64,000 nt of DNA, from positions 410 through 64,409 of the IMG/VR virus record IMGVR_UViG_3300023082_000011; one strand, 5' to 3'. A model generated the notes under the pieces. It ran no database searches. It had not been told where the DNA came from and worked only from the letters and a program-made list of their open reading frames with translations. Made by a program: the position numbers and the translations under genes. The DNA comes from a virus. Shown in pieces: positions 30,552 through 41,537 of this stretch; positions within the stretch are counted from its first letter, which is position 1, and the number at the start of each line of letters is the position of its first letter.

Positions 30552-30956
30552 TCATAAGTGCCCGTTCCGTGAAATTTTTACTTTTTTGATAAATGACTCA
30601 ATCAAGTCTTCTTGGGCGTGGCCGTAAAATACAAATCTTCTTGTTACAAGCCAACCGTCGTGACACCAGTAGGCATCTTTATCTTTGTATACAGTTTCGT
30701 TGTAACCCCAAACATCACTGAACCACTCAAATGCTTGTCTGTATGTAGGTAACTGGACGCCCCTCCCGTTTGAAAGTTCCGTGTTGGAGTTTTTCCAAGG
30801 ATCGTTCTCGGACAGATGGAAATTTTTCCACTTGAACCCGAAAAAACAATGCGTGATTATGCTGGCATAACAGGGCTCGTCAAAACCTAATTCTTTCAGT
30901 TCCCAGGAAAGTTCTTCGTTTAAAAATTCCTCTTCAATTTTATTTATCTTTCTCAT
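30552..30956 (-). CDS. hypothetical protein, LKELGFDE-motif family (paralog of 3382..3882)
   Basis: ELSWELKELGFDEPCYA shared motif. Confidence 0.4.
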   Translation of the reverse strand: MRKINKIEEEFLNEELSWELKELGFDEPCYASIITHCFFGFKWKNFHLSENDPWKNSNTELSNGRGVQLPTYRQAFEWFSDVWGYNETVYKDKDAYWCHDGWLVTRRFVFYGHAQEDLIESFIKKVKISRNGHL

Positions 30957-31214
30957 TCCGTTTTGATGTCTTCAAATCTGTCGCCGTTATTTCTGCTTAG
31001 TAGAAAAAGGTTATGTACGGTAACTATATGTTTAGCTACTGTTTTATCAACATTTGCCACTACCACTAATTCTTCTCCGTCGTCAGTGACAATATATTCG
31101 GGGTATGTTATACTTACTTTCCAAAATCTATCTTCCATAATAATGATTTCCAAAATCTTTCACAAATATAGACATTAGTTCTATCAAATAGTGAGAATTT
31201 AACAAATTTTAACT

Positions 31215-31730
31215 TTAAATCGTTCTGCAAAGGACAGCGTAACGTTTTACTTCTTTTTCGGCGGCTATCCATTGGTTTACTTCTCTTGTAAATGCTCCTT
31301 GCACAACTTGCATACCTTTGGCTAAGATGCGAGGATCTGTTCCCAACTTATTCCTCACTGGTAATCCAAGGCTTTCAACTATGGAGGTGAATGAATCGAC
31401 GGATTTATCATATATAGACGTTCCTGCATAGTCATAATACGCAATCCCATTAAAAGCGTTTTCATTGACTTCTTCACAAACAATCTTAGCTTGTTCCTCC
31501 GTTACTTTGGTGCAGTCTTCCGTGAGTAGTTTCCAATCAAATTCAGGTAGATACATGTGAGGCCTGTCGCCTTTTTTTAAATCATCAACGTTTACCTTAA
31601 AAAGCAATACCGATTTTGTATCAATATAAATCTGTTTACCATAATGATAATTTGACATTTCCAAATCCGTTGCCTCCCTTGGCACTTCCGGGAATGCCAG
31701 TTCGTGTGTCTTTGTTCTGAATGTTTGCAT
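31215..31730 (-). CDS. hypothetical protein (171 aa)
   Basis: ORF track. Confidence 0.4.
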   Translation of the reverse strand: MQTFRTKTHELAFPEVPREATDLEMSNYHYGKQIYIDTKSVLLFKVNVDDLKKGDRPHMYLPEFDWKLLTEDCTKVTEEQAKIVCEEVNENAFNGIAYYDYAGTSIYDKSVDSFTSIVESLGLPVRNKLGTDPRILAKGMQVVQGAFTREVNQWIAAEKEVKRYAVLCRTI

Positions 31731-31734
31731 GGGT

Positions 31735-32064
31735 CTAATCTAATGGTGAGTATTGATAACGCTTATCATTGTCAACGGTCAACATGAATAGCTGGAAATA
31801 TTCAAATGAACTTTCCAATGCGATGAATGTTTTCTTTTCACCATAAAATATTCGGTAAAACCCGTCCCCGAAATTTATCCACACGGTGCGTTTTTCTTTT
31901 AGGTTTGGTTCATAAACGTAACCATCATTTTCTACCCATCCATGCTGCAATAGGTATTCTTTTGAAAGTTTGTTCGTCGAATGGATTATATTGTGAGAAA
32001 TTATTCTCATTGCCAACCCACGGACAAAATCCGATTCAAAAATGTTTGAAATAATTTTCTTCAT
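31735..32064 (-). CDS. hypothetical protein (109 aa)
   Basis: ORF track. Confidence 0.35.
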   Translation of the reverse strand: MKKIISNIFESDFVRGLAMRIISHNIIHSTNKLSKEYLLQHGWVENDGYVYEPNLKEKRTVWINFGDGFYRIFYGEKKTFIALESSFEYFQLFMLTVDNDKRYQYSPLD

Positions 32065-32735
32065 GCTATCTACTTGTTATGTGTTTGTGAAATTTCGATG
32101 TTGACTTTTACGCACTTCCAACCGTACTTTTTTAGTTCAATCCATGTCATGCTACCTCCATCGATAAAGTTATCAATACATGACTTTTTTTGATAACTGA
32201 TTGTATGTAATAAGTAATGCCCTGCTTTATCTACGATGATGTAGCACCCCTTAAATGTTTTTCCCATCTCTTTTATTATCTGTTTATCGGCCCGTGCCGT
32301 GGTTTGTTAAATGTTATGCAACGATTTATACTTATGCCAATATTCAGCTCGCTTTGATTTACCAAACGGTGAACCCGTATCCCAATTGCATACTTTGCAA
32401 TTATCTATTTCTGGCGCATCGCTGTTGCATTCTGGGCAAAATCCCCAAATATTTATCCTTACCCACGCATTAGCGTGAATTATGTATCGTATGATATTTT
32501 TCAGCTTCTTCATCTGTTATTCTTTGTTTGTTCGATATCGCAATATCAATGGATAATACAGCTTTTAATGATACCCATCCGTCACCGTCCCAATAAAAGA
32601 ACCAAGGCTGATCGCCATTCATTTTACACCAATATGGTTTATTATCATTGCCCATGAAAACAAATCCTTTTTCGTCAAGTATATTTCCCATCACTATTTC
32701 AGTTTAAATATTATTTCCCATCTACCGGTACGGGC

Positions 32736-33167
32736 TTAGGCGGCTTGCCATTCTTTCATCATGATGTTGTCCAACACATATCCGTCTTCATCTACGGGTC
32801 TTTCCAACGGATTGACGCTATACACTTCCAGACTATCGGCCAGCGATTGCAGGGAGTCGATGGCGGTTATTAATGAATGTTTTTCCGTAAAATTTAATTG
32901 GTGAATTTTATAGTCTCGGTAATGTCTGCCTATATAAATAGGTTTATTTGTAAATTCCACGATCACTGCCGCCTGTTCCTCGGTCAGCTTGCCCAACGTG
33001 CCCAAGTGCGTGAAGCCAGCTTGTGGTAATGGATAATGAATATGATTATTTTTTACTTTATATGAAATGCATGGCCTTGTGACCATCATTACATTAAAAT
33101 CAGTTGCCTCTTCCGGCACCAATATAAAATACCCTACGGCCTGTTCCGTCTCAAATCTTACTTGCAT
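32736..33167 (-). CDS. hypothetical protein (143 aa)
   Basis: ORF track. Confidence 0.4.
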   Translation of the reverse strand: MQVRFETEQAVGYFILVPEEATDFNVMMVTRPCISYKVKNNHIHYPLPQAGFTHLGTLGKLTEEQAAVIVEFTNKPIYIGRHYRDYKIHQLNFTEKHSLITAIDSLQSLADSLEVYSVNPLERPVDEDGYVLDNIMMKEWQAA

Positions 33168-33373
33168 GGTGTTACCATTTTTTATATTAAATCCAACTTT
33201 TTGTTAGATAATTGTTTAATTGGCGTATCTCGCCACTTTTTGCCTGTAATATTGTGCAAAGAATTTCCCTTTCGCCTCGATTGAATTTTCTGTTTTCATA
33301 TCCTAAATTTTAGATTTGTCGATGAATGAACCTTCCGGGATGCCAATCACGTTTATGTGCCACGAGAGAAAGG

Positions 33374-34162
33374 TTAATTAAACACTTTTTCACTATCTAT
33401 TACCTTTCTAATTGTAGCTAAAGAAACATTATATTCTTTAGCAAGCATTAATCCAGTATACTTACGAGGAACATATTTACTTCTTATATCTAAAATTTGT
33501 TGGTCAGTTAGTCTTTTTATACAACATGGATGTTCTATCGCTTTTGAAATATCCCAACCTAATATGTAAATTCTTTGACTTATTAAACCCCGAGGTAGCC
33601 CATATTGTCGGGCAAATTCAGGTATTGATTTTATATCGCCTTTGTAGGTAAATTTTACACTATTTCTTCTATTATTAGCCTGCTCTGTTGCTGTCGCCCA
33701 TCTACAGTTTGATGGTTCGTAATTCCCATTTACATCGATTCTGTCGATTGAATGACTAGGGGATGGCCTTTTACCCATGTCATTATAAAATGTTTCAAAA
33801 GAATTTACCCACGCTTCGCATATTTTAATATCTCTGCCGCCGTAATCCTTATATTTTGCATCTTTTGGATTTAAAACCCTCGATTTCATAGAATGCCAAG
33901 TAATATATTCTGGACTTTGTAATCCGAACTTACTTTGTCCGTGCTTTGTATTCTTTTTAATCCTTGCCGCTAACGAAACATCCCTTGCATAGCATCCACA
34001 AGATTTTGTTCTCCCGCTTACTATACTGGTATAAAGAACGTTTCTTGATTTCCCGCACTCGCAAATACAAAAATACATTGGCTGCCCATATTTATCGTTT
34101 TCGGCCTTACTTTCAATAAAATATCTACCAAAAGTTTGTCCCGTTATATCAAAGTGTTTCAT
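33374..34162 (-). CDS. HNH homing endonuclease (zinc-ribbon N-terminus, HTH C-terminus)
   Basis: FCICECGKSRNV..SGRTKSCGC and HSIDRIDVNGNYEPSNCRWATATEQANN are the classic phage HNH signatures; 262 aa. Confidence 0.65.
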   Translation of the reverse strand: MKHFDITGQTFGRYFIESKAENDKYGQPMYFCICECGKSRNVLYTSIVSGRTKSCGCYARDVSLAARIKKNTKHGQSKFGLQSPEYITWHSMKSRVLNPKDAKYKDYGGRDIKICEAWVNSFETFYNDMGKRPSPSHSIDRIDVNGNYEPSNCRWATATEQANNRRNSVKFTYKGDIKSIPEFARQYGLPRGLISQRIYILGWDISKAIEHPCCIKRLTDQQILDIRSKYVPRKYTGLMLAKEYNVSLATIRKVIDSEKVFN

Positions 34163-34372
34163 CGGGAGTCGGTATTAAATTCCTTGGAAATCAAATATCT
34201 GATTAGCCCCGTAAAACTCCTCTTCTCTTTTTCCATCAAAAGTTTTGACATTCGTTCCGATTCAGTATCTAATCTTATTGTTTTAATCTTCGACATGTGA
34301 TGTATTTTGTAAAGCAAATGTAATACAAACTAATTACAAAAACAAATTAACTGGTTTAGCTTTATTCCCATC

Positions 34373-34756
34373 CTATATGTTTTTTAGGTCGTTGATGAAT
34401 TTTATCTTCTCTTCTATAATTTCTGGAAGGTAACGATCTGCCCAACTATCAAGTGCTGCATTTTTTAACCTTACCCTTTGTTCTGAAATTTCGGCCTCAT
34501 ACTTTTCAATCAACGCTTCCACGGGATTGACCGGCTTTAGCCAATGGGTGATGCTTTCCGACATAAAATCATTGCAATCATAAAAATCACAAAATTCAGA
34601 GCCATCTATAACGCCTTGGTAACATACGGCCGCATATTGCCTCCCGTCTTTATCTATGACGAATATAGGATCACTTCTTTTTCCGTCCCAATTTCCCGTT
34701 TCCCAACAATTCGGTTTTTCTTCCTCTATCGGGGTTAATCTGTAGTATGTGCTCAT
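34373..34756 (-). CDS. hypothetical protein (127 aa)
   Basis: ORF track. Confidence 0.4.
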   Translation of the reverse strand: MSTYYRLTPIEEEKPNCWETGNWDGKRSDPIFVIDKDGRQYAAVCYQGVIDGSEFCDFYDCNDFMSESITHWLKPVNPVEALIEKYEAEISEQRVRLKNAALDSWADRYLPEIIEEKIKFINDLKNI

Positions 34757-35052
34757 AACTCGGTGCTTTCCTTAATCAGTTCTTTAGCCATTTTTACAGC
34801 CCACAGCTCCCCTAAATTATTTTCCTCAAGTCTTTCGACTAATCTCATGACCGTTCTCAGAAGCTCCGGGGCCTTTGAAATCAACAAGGCGTTTGCCTTG
34901 GCAATATTTTCATCCATTTCGGATACATGCGTATCACGACCATCATAAACCTGTGCAATTATTCCGCCACCCAATTTATCTGAATTGGCATTACAGATGT
35001 CTGTTTCGTTACTGATAAACCAAGGGCCTTTTGTTCCTTTAAATTCATTCAT
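34753..35052 (-). CDS. hypothetical protein (99 aa)
   Basis: ORF track. Confidence 0.35.
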   Translation of the reverse strand: MNEFKGTKGPWFISNETDICNANSDKLGGGIIAQVYDGRDTHVSEMDENIAKANALLISKAPELLRTVMRLVERLEENNLGELWAVKMAKELIKESTEL

Positions 35053-35059
35053 GATATTA

Positions 35060-35824
35060 TTATTTGATTAGTTTAAGTCTTATGTTTTGGATGGCTACGA
35101 TTATAGCGGTCGATTCCGTTCCGCCAAATCTTTCATGGGCTTCTTTCGTGCCCATATCGGCGATGTTTTCATCTATAAGTTTTATTGCGCCTTGCTTTTC
35201 CGACTCAAGTTCGGACACCCTGTTTTTCAACCGTTGGTTTTCGGCTTTCTCTGCTTCGTAGGCTTCACGGTATTGGGCGGCGTAATGCTCTGCAATTTTA
35301 TCAAGATGTTGATAATACTCTTCGTCTTTCATTCCTTCCATTCTGGATGCGCTAAATCCAGAAAAATATTCGTCCTTAATTTCTTCCAATGACTTGAAAA
35401 CGGGAGGTTCAGTATTTTCCGTTTTTTGGGGAAAATCCTTAAAATTTATGTCAGATATTTCACTAAGATATTGCTTGGCTTTATCCAATCTTTCCTTATC
35501 CGCATGTATTGGAAGACCGCCATTTAATATTCTATTTAGAGAACGAATTAGCGAAGATATTATATTTGGACAATCACTCATATTTCGCTCAATTTCTGGC
35601 AATACCTCCGTTTCTTCTTTTGGCGGGGTGGTGGTGAAGTAATCGCTAAATTCTTCTGGTGTATAAATGAAAATTTCTGCGTGAACGGTAACGTAAATTA
35701 CACCTTTGTCAATGAGATGAATTTTGGCTTTTATACCTTTTACTATAAATAAATTATTTGTATAATGCCGGGTTCTCTCAAAATCTCTTTTCGCCCATAT
35801 GGGCATACCTGATTTTAGTTCCAT
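35060..35824 (-). CDS. hypothetical protein with a coiled-coil C-terminus (254 aa)
   Basis: ORF track. Confidence 0.4.
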   Translation of the reverse strand: MELKSGMPIWAKRDFERTRHYTNNLFIVKGIKAKIHLIDKGVIYVTVHAEIFIYTPEEFSDYFTTTPPKEETEVLPEIERNMSDCPNIISSLIRSLNRILNGGLPIHADKERLDKAKQYLSEISDINFKDFPQKTENTEPPVFKSLEEIKDEYFSGFSASRMEGMKDEEYYQHLDKIAEHYAAQYREAYEAEKAENQRLKNRVSELESEKQGAIKLIDENIADMGTKEAHERFGGTESTAIIVAIQNIRLKLIK

Positions 35825-35827
35825 GGT

Positions 35828-36151
35828 TTATTTATTGTTGAATAGTTCGTAAACCTGTTTCTTTTGTTCGTCGGTGAATTCCTGTGAATCAAACCAATTC
35901 ACAATGGCTTGCCTTTGCTTCTCCTTTTCCCACACATGCAATATTTCAGGCGTAGTAATTTCCCAAGAAGAAAATCTATTTCCAACCTCTACAAAATCCT
36001 TACCCGCCTCGTTAACCAATTTTTTACCGTTATCTAATACGGCTTGGGTTTTGGTCAACCTTACTACCGTTGAAAATCGATAATTGAAATTCTTTCCAAA
36101 TCTGGATTTATATTTCTGGCATACTTTGTCGCCTACTTTTAATTTTTCCAT
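35828..36151 (-). CDS. hypothetical protein (107 aa)
   Basis: ORF track. Confidence 0.35.
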   Translation of the reverse strand: MEKLKVGDKVCQKYKSRFGKNFNYRFSTVVRLTKTQAVLDNGKKLVNEAGKDFVEVGNRFSSWEITTPEILHVWEKEKQRQAIVNWFDSQEFTDEQKKQVYELFNNK

Positions 36152-36171
36152 GGGTTATGTGTTTGACGGCT

Positions 36172-36540
36172 TTAATAATTATTTTTGAATATTTCGTAAG
36201 ATTCCATTTCCTTTGGAAAGTCTTTTATGTCTGACATTTTTAGCTTTTTATCGCCTTTTTTGGTTAGTATTATTTCTTGCGTTTTTATATCTCTGACCCT
36301 CATTACAAAGCCCCCAAATGAGTAATTTTCACAACCGGCATAACCACAATCACATCCATAAAGTTGCTTTATGACGTAAACATAGTTTTCCCCCATTTTG
36401 AGCCTTTTTATGACAGGAACCCTACTATTGCTACGTAACTCGTATTTTTGGTTTTCATCAAAAAACGCTTCTTTATTTTCGTTCATTGGGTTTTCATTTA
36501 AGTGATTCAATGATTTCGTCTCACATTCATTCTTTTCCAA
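36172..36540 (-). CDS. hypothetical protein (122 aa)
   Basis: ORF track. Confidence 0.35.
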   Translation of the reverse strand: MEKNECETKSLNHLNENPMNENKEAFFDENQKYELRSNSRVPVIKRLKMGENYVYVIKQLYGCDCGYAGCENYSFGGFVMRVRDIKTQEIILTKKGDKKLKMSDIKDFPKEMESYEIFKNNY

Positions 36541-36587
36541 AGGTATTTACATTAATTCAACTTTCCAAACAGTAATCTATTATTTAA

Positions 36588-36815
36588 CTACTTTTCACAT
36601 TTTACGGTGTCACCTATACTAAACCTATACCAATCAAAGTCGGTAAAATATCGTTTTTCCGTAATTTTACCTTTTTCCCTGAATTTAAGCCATTTATCTG
36701 ATTTTTGTTTTCCTTTGTCCACTATCTGTAAGTCTTGATAATTACATAGGTCTTGGGGGTGATAAGAACAAGAATTTAAGATTATTGCTATAAATAATAC
36801 TATCAGTTTTTTCAT
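36588..36815 (-). CDS. small lipoprotein (spanin-like candidate)
   Basis: MKKLIVLFIAIILNSC signal peptide with a lipobox Cys; directly downstream of the glucosaminidase. Confidence 0.45.
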   Translation of the reverse strand: MKKLIVLFIAIILNSCSYHPQDLCNYQDLQIVDKGKQKSDKWLKFREKGKITEKRYFTDFDWYRFSIGDTVKCEK

Positions 36816-37399
36816 TTTAAGTTATTTTTGTGTACCACATTTTTAAGACGTGATATGTAAACGCTGTCCTCCATACTCGCGTAATGTTTCCCTATGTAGC
36901 TGTAATACAAAGCTTCCGTCTTTATTTTGTGGAGGTAACAGCTTTCATAAATCGCGCGATCAGCTAAAGCCTGTTGCCACGAAATGTATTTTGCATAACT
37001 TCCTTCGTAACTCTGGTCTGCCGTAGTCAGCCTTGATTTTGCCTTACGCATGCCGAACATGTTGTTGTTACGAAGAAAAATTTCACTCTTGAAATCATTG
37101 CTTTCCAATATGGCCTGTGCGTAGACTATGTGTGGATATCTCCAGGAGTAGCCATAAAATTCTTTTTCAAACCCTTCCTTGGAAAATTCTTTGATTTCTT
37201 GTGTAGCTTTTGGGTTTTCAGTGGGTATTGTATTCACAGTCTCTGCTTGGTAATAGTGTATGGTGAATACAACCATAAGCCCATATAGGAAACCTGAATA
37301 TAGACTCCACAAAAGACCGTACCAAGGCTTTTCTCCCCCATCGTTCTTAATGAATGTATAAATTCCTATAAAAGGGATCCAATCTAGTAATTTTTTCAT
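36812..37399 (-). CDS. GH73-family peptidoglycan N-acetylglucosaminidase (FlgJ/Lyz2-like; endolysin candidate) with an N-terminal TM anchor
   Basis: AQAILESNDFKSEIFLRNNNMFGMRKA matches the glucosaminidase AxxESgwG...nNlFGik motif; TM helix near residues 25-48. Confidence 0.55.
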   Translation of the reverse strand: MKKLLDWIPFIGIYTFIKNDGGEKPWYGLLWSLYSGFLYGLMVVFTIHYYQAETVNTIPTENPKATQEIKEFSKEGFEKEFYGYSWRYPHIVYAQAILESNDFKSEIFLRNNNMFGMRKAKSRLTTADQSYEGSYAKYISWQQALADRAIYESCYLHKIKTEALYYSYIGKHYASMEDSVYISRLKNVVHKNNLK

Positions 37400-37913
37400 A
37401 ATCTACAGTGCGCTTAGCCAAATTCTTTGTGAATCTTTTTCCGTTATCTTTCAAGCTGGGTATTGTTCAGTTCAACTGTTTCCGGTTCACCATCCGCATA
37501 CATGTACCACTTGGGCGTAACCGCGTCCGTGTTCACGGAATTGAATTCTTTCTTGAATTGAAGGGCATCTACAGTCGTCAAACAAACCATCCAATCGTCG
37601 ATTTTGCTACCCCAACCGACTTCACTTTCTATTACTGCTATTTTGTATGCTGTTATCTTCTCCATAGTTTGTTAAATAATCGTGATAAATAATCGCCCCT
37701 AAATGACTATTCATAATATTTTCGCCCGTTTCAAAACAAACTGCAAAAGGAGAAAGGTAATTTGAATTCGGTCTTTCACAAAAAACCTTTCTTTTATATG
37801 TTTTGGTTGGACTAAATAGATATGTTTTTTCAAAAGTCACTTCATATAGTAATCCGACTTCTGAATTTGATATGAAACTTAATTCTTTTACTCGCTCCAT
37901 GTTAATTTAAGTG

Positions 37914-38744
37914 TTAGTCCTTATTTTCGTTGATGTAGTCAACCACATCTTTTAACTTCCCCATAGAAACGATGGTTGTCGATATGTTTACTGATTCGAT
38001 GGACACGTCTTCCCTTAATAGTGTGTAAAGCCTTTTTATGTAACTCTTATTCATCTCTGTGCAACCATATTTTATTGACTTACCCAAATCTTTACCTTTT
38101 TTGCCACCTATTTCTGGTAATGTCTTGTTTTGTGCAATTCTTACTTCTTCAGGTGTGGCGAACCGGAGATGTTTTACATTACATGAATCATGTGTGTCCA
38201 AATTTCCGTTTACGTCTAATTTATAACAATCGGTCCAATTAGAACTTTTACCTATTACTTTACCAGTGACTGGATTTACGCCTTCCCATCTTACCCAATC
38301 ACCTTCCTTAAACTCAGATTCATACACGGCTTTCCAATTCTCCACTATTTCCGTGGGTACACCTGAAGTTGTATGGTTTTTCGAATACATGACAAATTTA
38401 TCTTGGCTGTACTCAGAAAATATCTCCCCCGCCTTTATTCTTCCCTTGAACAAATCATGGGGAGCTCTGTATCCCATTACTTTTTTATCTTCTTTTAGTA
38501 CCCATCTCTTGAATTGGTTAAAAGTGATTTCAGTGTAGCCATTCTCTATACTTCTGGACGATGTCCCATGACCTCCCCAATTGGTACTAAAACTTGGGAA
38601 ATGATAATAGTTTTCTTTATTTGTATAAGGAGGCATTACGCCGTTTTTGGTAGCATACTCTAGAACTTGTGTGTGGGTGCCTTTAATGCACCAATTTTCA
38701 GGTAATTTGTCCATTTCTTTTGTTATTAGTTTAAATTCATCCAA
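37914..38744 (-). CDS. hypothetical protein (276 aa)
   Basis: ORF track. Confidence 0.4.
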   Translation of the reverse strand: MDEFKLITKEMDKLPENWCIKGTHTQVLEYATKNGVMPPYTNKENYYHFPSFSTNWGGHGTSSRSIENGYTEITFNQFKRWVLKEDKKVMGYRAPHDLFKGRIKAGEIFSEYSQDKFVMYSKNHTTSGVPTEIVENWKAVYESEFKEGDWVRWEGVNPVTGKVIGKSSNWTDCYKLDVNGNLDTHDSCNVKHLRFATPEEVRIAQNKTLPEIGGKKGKDLGKSIKYGCTEMNKSYIKRLYTLLREDVSIESVNISTTIVSMGKLKDVVDYINENKD

Positions 38745-38783
38745 TGTTATTTCTCTTCTTAAAATAGCCCCTTGATTGTGGTG

Positions 38784-39865
38784 TCAACCCACCGACCCGT
38801 CCTCGAACATGTAAAGTGAATCACATTCTTCGTTACGACTTCTCAAAATATCAGAATTACTGTAGTTGGCTACGTTTTTTCTGTAGTGGTTTAAACGACC
38901 ACGGTTATTGTCTGTAATCCTTATTTTCCAAGTTTCATCCCTCTTAACTTCCTGTCTAAGCATTCCGGAAGGCATATTCCATAAACTTCCCATTAATCTA
39001 CCAATTTATATTTGTTTTCGAATTCTTCCATTAAAGCCAAATCCTTCTGAGGAGCCATTTTCCTGAATCTCTCCGCTGCATAACCCGGTTCACAATTGCC
39101 TTGCAAAACAGGATTCCACATTGAAGGATTTCTGAGCCCTTCCAACAGTACACTCGGTATGCCGTCATACAACCGTGTACCCCTCACTACATAGTCCTTA
39201 TCCTTCTGTATCCAGTAATCAAAGTGTTTGAATACTTCAAGGGGCGGCATGTCGTCGTTGACACACGTAATTTTATCGCCAATTTTAAAACTCATAATTC
39301 TAAATTTTTAATTTTATCCCAATTTTGTACTACAAATGGTCTCACTTTTGGGTGGAGGAATCTCAGATACTTTATATCTGGTGGTACAAATAGTTCTTCC
39401 GTGGTAGGGCTTTTCTCCCATCTTTCAATATCTGCCAAAGAGGCTGGGGTTATGTTTTCCTCAACCATTTTCCTCAACTGCTTATAGCCTGTACTTTGGC
39501 TCTCATAGGGTAGTCTTGGCTCATACATCCTATCCAAAATTTTTTCACAAAAATTGTTAAACGTTTCCTTTTTCATGGTCACTAAAGTGTTTATCTATTT
39601 TTTGTATATTTATCCTCGCCTCCATCTGTCCAAAACCTTCATTGGTATACGGGTAAGCGGCTAAAATACTTTGTTCACTGTCTATGAGTACGTAATCCTC
39701 TATTTCTTCATTTCTGACTATGAAACACATGAACCCTTTTAAAGGCGGAAGATTCTTGGCTTGTTGATTTTTTAGGTAATCGTTGAAGTATTCATCTGCA
39801 TACCATTTATGGGTGCCGCTATTGAAATGTTCCTTGGTTGTTTCAAAATCTATAACTTTTCTCAT
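38784..39865 (-). CDS. run of four small genes (69, 100, 96, 102 aa)
   Basis: ORFs 38784..38993, 38993..39295, 39292..39582 and 39557..39865; overlapping starts and stops. Confidence 0.35.
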
Positions 39866-39995
39866 TATATTTTTATTTCTGCTACAAATCTACGGAAAGT
39901 ATTTTGACCAAGAACTTATCTTAACATTATTTAACATAAAAAAGAAACCCCCGAAGAACTTAATCTTGGGGGGTTCTCTAATTCTTAATAGACCT

Positions 39996-41537
39996 TTATT
40001 TAATAGGGCATACACCACTGGCACATTCGTCCAGACCGGAGATATCATTTTCAGAAATATTAACTGAAGTGATAGGTTTCACGTTTTTAACTAATCCCTC
40101 GTATACTTCCTTGGTGATTGCCTCAAAGGGAGCCTGTATAAATCCGTGCCCAGAGTAAAGCAAGAAGCTTAGGGTCTTGAAGTTTTCGTTGAAGTTGTCC
40201 TCAATATATCTTCTTAATTGTGGTAATTCCTCTTTCTTGTAGTAGGCTGTGACACTTACGGAATTATCCGACCAAGTTTTCTGCATCTGTTTAACTTTGT
40301 CGAGTTGTTCAAACACGGTCAAGTCATCCGCCCCTATGGTGCCGTCAGGGTATTTACAAGGAAATTCTACCACCATGGTAGATCTGTCGGCAGTCCCGTC
40401 AAAGTTAATCTGTGATTCAACCTTGTAGCCGTTTGTCCTACATACTTCAATCAAAGGCGAACCGGCCTGTATCCTTATACGTCTGATAAAGTATTGTCCC
40501 GCAGTGGCCGGATGGACACCAGACGTACAACCCGCCAACAAGGATAAACTACCGCTAGGTTTAATTGTGGTTAATTTGATACTTGGATTAAATCCCATTA
40601 ATTTTGAATACTCTTTATCGTACTCACGTAAGTATTTGTAGCAATCATCCAACCAACTCAGTTGCTCTTCAGTAGCCATCATGACTCCAGTTATGCCTAT
40701 ACCCATACGCATATTCTTGTGGACAATCGACTCTGTTTCCTTGCTGTGGCAAGGTAGGGCCAGTGAATGTTTTACCACTCTATACAACATTATGACTACC
40801 TTATAGAGTTCCTCTTTGGAAACGATGTTTGGCAAGTACGTCTCGGCCAAAGCACAAGTCTCGTGGTTTGCCAAAGATTGTTCAGCACAAGGGTTGTATC
40901 CTTCTATATCTGGGTCGGGGTACTCTGTTTCTCCCGATCTACCTATTTTTTTAGATAGTTGTATGTTCACTAGTCCATAAGGCTCACCTTGTTCGTAAGT
41001 ATCCCAAAATTCCTGTGGCAACAGTTTAGCGTCAGGTACATCCACAGAATTGTTAGACATTGCCCTCCAATTGGGGATAGAGCCTAAATCCCAACGTTTT
41101 GCCTTAAGATATTCCAAATCGTCATAATCCCCTATAGCTATTTGTGCAGACCGTCTAACGTTACCTGCAACCACTATCATCCCTATGATGTTCATGATAT
41201 CAAGACAGTCAATGGGACGAAGTTGTTGCCCTCTTCTGTTATCCAAGACTGCACAGATAAGCTTAATACCTTCCACTAAAATCTCGGGGCCAGAGGCTAC
41301 CCCTCCAAAACCTTTTATGGGTGCACCTTCGCCCCTTATTAGCTGTGTAGAGTAAGTAAAACTTTCTCCTGAGTAGAAGTAGGATTTCAACACCTTTCCT
41401 AAGAGTTTCACCCAACCCTCTCTTGTGTCTGGCACAATAAAGTCTGCCTGTGCATTGTCCACACGTTCAACCTTTATCTTTCTTTTTTGGAGCTTTGGTA
41501 GCTTGTACACATGCTCCTTCTTGATTGAAAAGCCAAC
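39996..41537 (-). CDS. ribonucleotide reductase, exon 2 (catalytic core and C-terminal CxxxxC tail)
   Basis: NPCAEQSL..ETCALAETYL (active-site NPCGE..E.C.L), GFGGVASGP, C-terminal ECASGVCP; frame upstream of the GTG reads ..KVGFSIKKEH, placing the splice acceptor near 41537. Confidence 0.65.
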   Translation of the reverse strand, partial: VGFSIKKEHVYKLPKLQKRKIKVERVDNAQADFIVPDTREGWVKLLGKVLKSYFYSGESFTYSTQLIRGEGAPIKGFGGVASGPEILVEGIKLICAVLDNRRGQQLRPIDCLDIMNIIGMIVVAGNVRRSAQIAIGDYDDLEYLKAKRWDLGSIPNWRAMSNNSVDVPDAKLLPQEFWDTYEQGEPYGLVNIQLSKKIGRSGETEYPDPDIEGYNPCAEQSLANHETCALAETYLPNIVSKEELYKVVIMLYRVVKHSLALPCHSKETESIVHKNMRMGIGITGVMMATEEQLSWLDDCYKYLREYDKEYSKLMGFNPSIKLTTIKPSGSLSLLAGCTSGVHPATAGQYFIRRIRIQAGSPLIEVCRTNGYKVESQINFDGTADRSTMVVEFPCKYPDGTIGADDLTVFEQLDKVKQMQKTWSDNSVSVTAYYKKEELPQLRRYIEDNFNENFKTLSFLLYSGHGFIQAPFEAITKEVYEGLVKNVKPITSVNISENDISGLDECASGVCPIK

